Assembly: GCA_947507735.1 (NCBI GenBank)
Contig: CANNRA010000001.1
Location: 1 to 38,656, forward strand
Direction of reading: 5' to 3'
DNA from: Actinomycetota bacterium
Lineage (GTDB): Bacteria > Actinomycetota > Thermoleophilia > Gaiellales > Gaiellaceae
DNA: 38,656 nucleotides
Part shown: one piece after another, positions 37,079-38,656 of the stretch
Position numbering within the stretch: position 1 is the stretch's first letter
How the letters are laid out: the number at the start of each line of letters is the position of its first letter
The notes under the pieces: model-generated
What the model was told of the DNA's origin: nothing
Database searches by the model: none
What the model saw: the letters and a program-made list of their open reading frames with translations, nothing else
Made by a program: the position numbers and the translations under genes

Positions 37079-38638
37079 ATGGGCGTGCGCAGACTGCGCA
37101 AGGAGGAGCTCGCGACCTACGCGAAGCTCGCGAACTGGAATCTCGCCGACAGCGAGGTCGACGAGTACTTCGCCATGACCGAGGCGATGTTCGACAGCGT
37201 CGATCAGCTCGACGGGCAGCCCTCACCGCCGCCGCCGCGCGTTGACGCGAAGCGCGACCCGGGCCGTGTCCCGACCGCCGGCGAGGATCCCTACAACGCC
37301 GTCATCCGCTGGTGCAACGTCAAGGCGCGCTCGGGCGGCAAGCTCGCGGGCAAGCGCTTCGGGATCAAGGACAACGTCGCCATCGCCGGCATCCCGATGA
37401 CCTTTGGCTCCAACGTCATCCAGCCGTACGTCTCGGAGGCCGACTCGATCGTCACCGAGCGCCTGCTCAACGCCGGCGCCGAGCTCGTCGCCAAGCTCAA
37501 CCTCGAGAGCTGGGCCTGGTCGGGCGGCGGCGAGACGAGCTGGTTCGGCCCGATCCTCAACCCGTGGGACACGACGCGCACCGCGTCCGGCTCCTCCGGC
37601 GGCTCCGGCGCCGCGCTCTTCTACGACGGCATCGACATCACGATCGGCACCGACCAGGGCGGCTCCATCCGGCTCCCGGCTGCCTGGTGCGGCGTGCTCG
37701 GCCTCAAGCCGACCCACAGCCTCATCCCGTACGTCGGCATCGGTGCCATGGACGGGAACTACGACCACGCCGGCCCGATGACGCTCAACGTCGAGGACAT
37801 GGCGCTGACCATGGACGTGATCTCCGGCAAGCACCCCGACGACTTCCGCCAGGACGTCGTGCCGAAGCTCCGCTTCATGGACGCTGTCGCCTCCGCGCCC
37901 AAGCGGATGGACGGCATCACGATCGGCCTGCTCAAGGAGGGCTTCTCGTTCATCGACCTCCCGAACCAGCCGGAAGGCACGCGCGAGACCTACGACGCGG
38001 TGCTGGAGGCCGTCGAGCGGATGAAGGCGCTCGGCGCCACCGTCAAGGAGGTCTCCGTCCCGTCGCACCTCACCGGGTCGGCGATGATGTTCATGGCGCT
38101 GATGATGGGCAACACGCAGCTGCTGCGCGACAACGGCGTCTACTACCACGCCCGTGGCGCCCGCCAGTCGCCGGAGCTCGCAATCGCCATCGGCAAGGGC
38201 CTGAAGGCGCACGGCGACCACCTGCCGCCGACGCTGAAGCTGATCTCGATGCTCGGCGAGTACCTCAAGGAGCACGACTTCGGCGCCCACTACGCGAAGG
38301 CGATGAACCTGGCGCCCGGCCACCGGGCCCAGTACGACGCCGCCTTCGAGGAGTGCGACTTCATCGTCATGCCGACGGCGACGCACTACGCGCACGTCAG
38401 CAACCCCGACGCGCCGATCAGCGAGAAGGTGCTGCGTGGCTGGGGGATGCTCTCCAACACGGCGCCGATCAATGCCAGCGGTCACCCGTCGCTCTCGATG
38501 CCTGCCGCCGAGGCGAATGGCCTGCCGGTCGGCGTGCTGGTGACGGGCCCGACGTTCGCGGACGCCGAGGTGCTGCGCTTCGCCCGGATCTACGAGCAGA
38601 ACTACCCGTGGCTGCCCCAGGGCGGGCCGCGCAAGTAG
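37079..38638 (+). CDS. amidase-signature (AS) family amidase
   Basis: GIKDNVAIAGIPMT (catalytic Lys context) and the GSSGGSGAAL...GTDQGGSIRLPAA Ser-cisSer-Lys signature. SD GAGGAGA upstream. Confidence 0.9.
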   Translation: MGVRRLRKEELATYAKLANWNLADSEVDEYFAMTEAMFDSVDQLDGQPSPPPPRVDAKRDPGRVPTAGEDPYNAVIRWCNVKARSGGKLAGKRFGIKDNVAIAGIPMTFGSNVIQPYVSEADSIVTERLLNAGAELVAKLNLESWAWSGGGETSWFGPILNPWDTTRTASGSSGGSGAALFYDGIDITIGTDQGGSIRLPAAWCGVLGLKPTHSLIPYVGIGAMDGNYDHAGPMTLNVEDMALTMDVISGKHPDDFRQDVVPKLRFMDAVASAPKRMDGITIGLLKEGFSFIDLPNQPEGTRETYDAVLEAVERMKALGATVKEVSVPSHLTGSAMMFMALMMGNTQLLRDNGVYYHARGARQSPELAIAIGKGLKAHGDHLPPTLKLISMLGEYLKEHDFGAHYAKAMNLAPGHRAQYDAAFEECDFIVMPTATHYAHVSNPDAPISEKVLRGWGMLSNTAPINASGHPSLSMPAAEANGLPVGVLVTGPTFADAEVLRFARIYEQNYPWLPQGGPRK

Positions 38639-38656
38639 CAGGGGACGCTGGGGGAG

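Noticed and set aside
1-38656. CRISPR arrays, IS elements, toxin-antitoxin pairs or known anti-phage defence cassettes
   Set aside because: I saw no regularly spaced repeats of CRISPR size, no transposase, integrase or reverse-transcriptase-like ORFs, and no small adjacent gene pairs with TA-like signatures on either strand.

Overview
Chromosomal segment from a very high-GC, Actinomycetota-like bacterium (GC judged by eye to be well above 70%). It shows strong GC3 codon bias, frequent GTG/TTG starts and many 4-nt ATGA/GTGA stop-start overlaps. Because of the GC bias, every real gene casts long Arg/Ala/Pro/Gly-rich shadow ORFs in other frames. I therefore called genes only where I could recognise family motifs, start-site context or operon logic.

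I support about 44 CDS and two tRNAs (Trp-CCA on the minus strand, Gly-GCC on the plus strand). I see no rRNA, CRISPR, transposase or integrase. The only regulator-type gene is one FliA/WhiG-type sigma factor.

Most of the content is accessory catabolism and transport:
- an HSL-type esterase (partial), four MFS transporters and an acyl-CoA ligase;
- two F420/LLM-type oxidoreductases, a FAH-family hydrolase and an ABM monooxygenase;
- an aldehyde dehydrogenase plus SDR, divergent from a B12-type diol dehydratase;
- an orphan TPP-dependent E1 beta/alpha pair, divergent from a gabD-NIPSNAP-ALS-like-SRPBCC operon;
- a translationally coupled isochorismatase-like/hydantoinase/ICL-PEP-mutase operon with an orphan solute-binding protein;
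- an AcuI/YhdH-type reductase and an amidase.

Between the two tRNAs lies an information-processing block: sigma factor, a degenerate EF-G paralogue, a Zn-ribbon protein, a PII-like NIF3-domain protein and RNase HI.

The most unusual items are:
1. A diol dehydratase encoded small-subunit-first, followed by an in-frame large::medium subunit fusion, with no reactivase or microcompartment genes nearby.
2. A perfect 39-nt duplication of the 5' half of tRNA-Trp. The two copies are separated by a 143-bp spacer built from phased GCTACC/D-arm-like repeats.
3. An EF-G paralogue lacking the catalytic His and the NK of the G4 motif.
4. An uncharacterised cyclic-amide catabolic operon.
5. A small Cys-rich protein paired with a DEDD exonuclease.
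6. A pervasive leaderless start architecture (TANNNT 6-7 nt upstream of the start codon), including back-to-back divergent pairs.

All homology statements come from motif recognition by eye and from memory. No searches were run.
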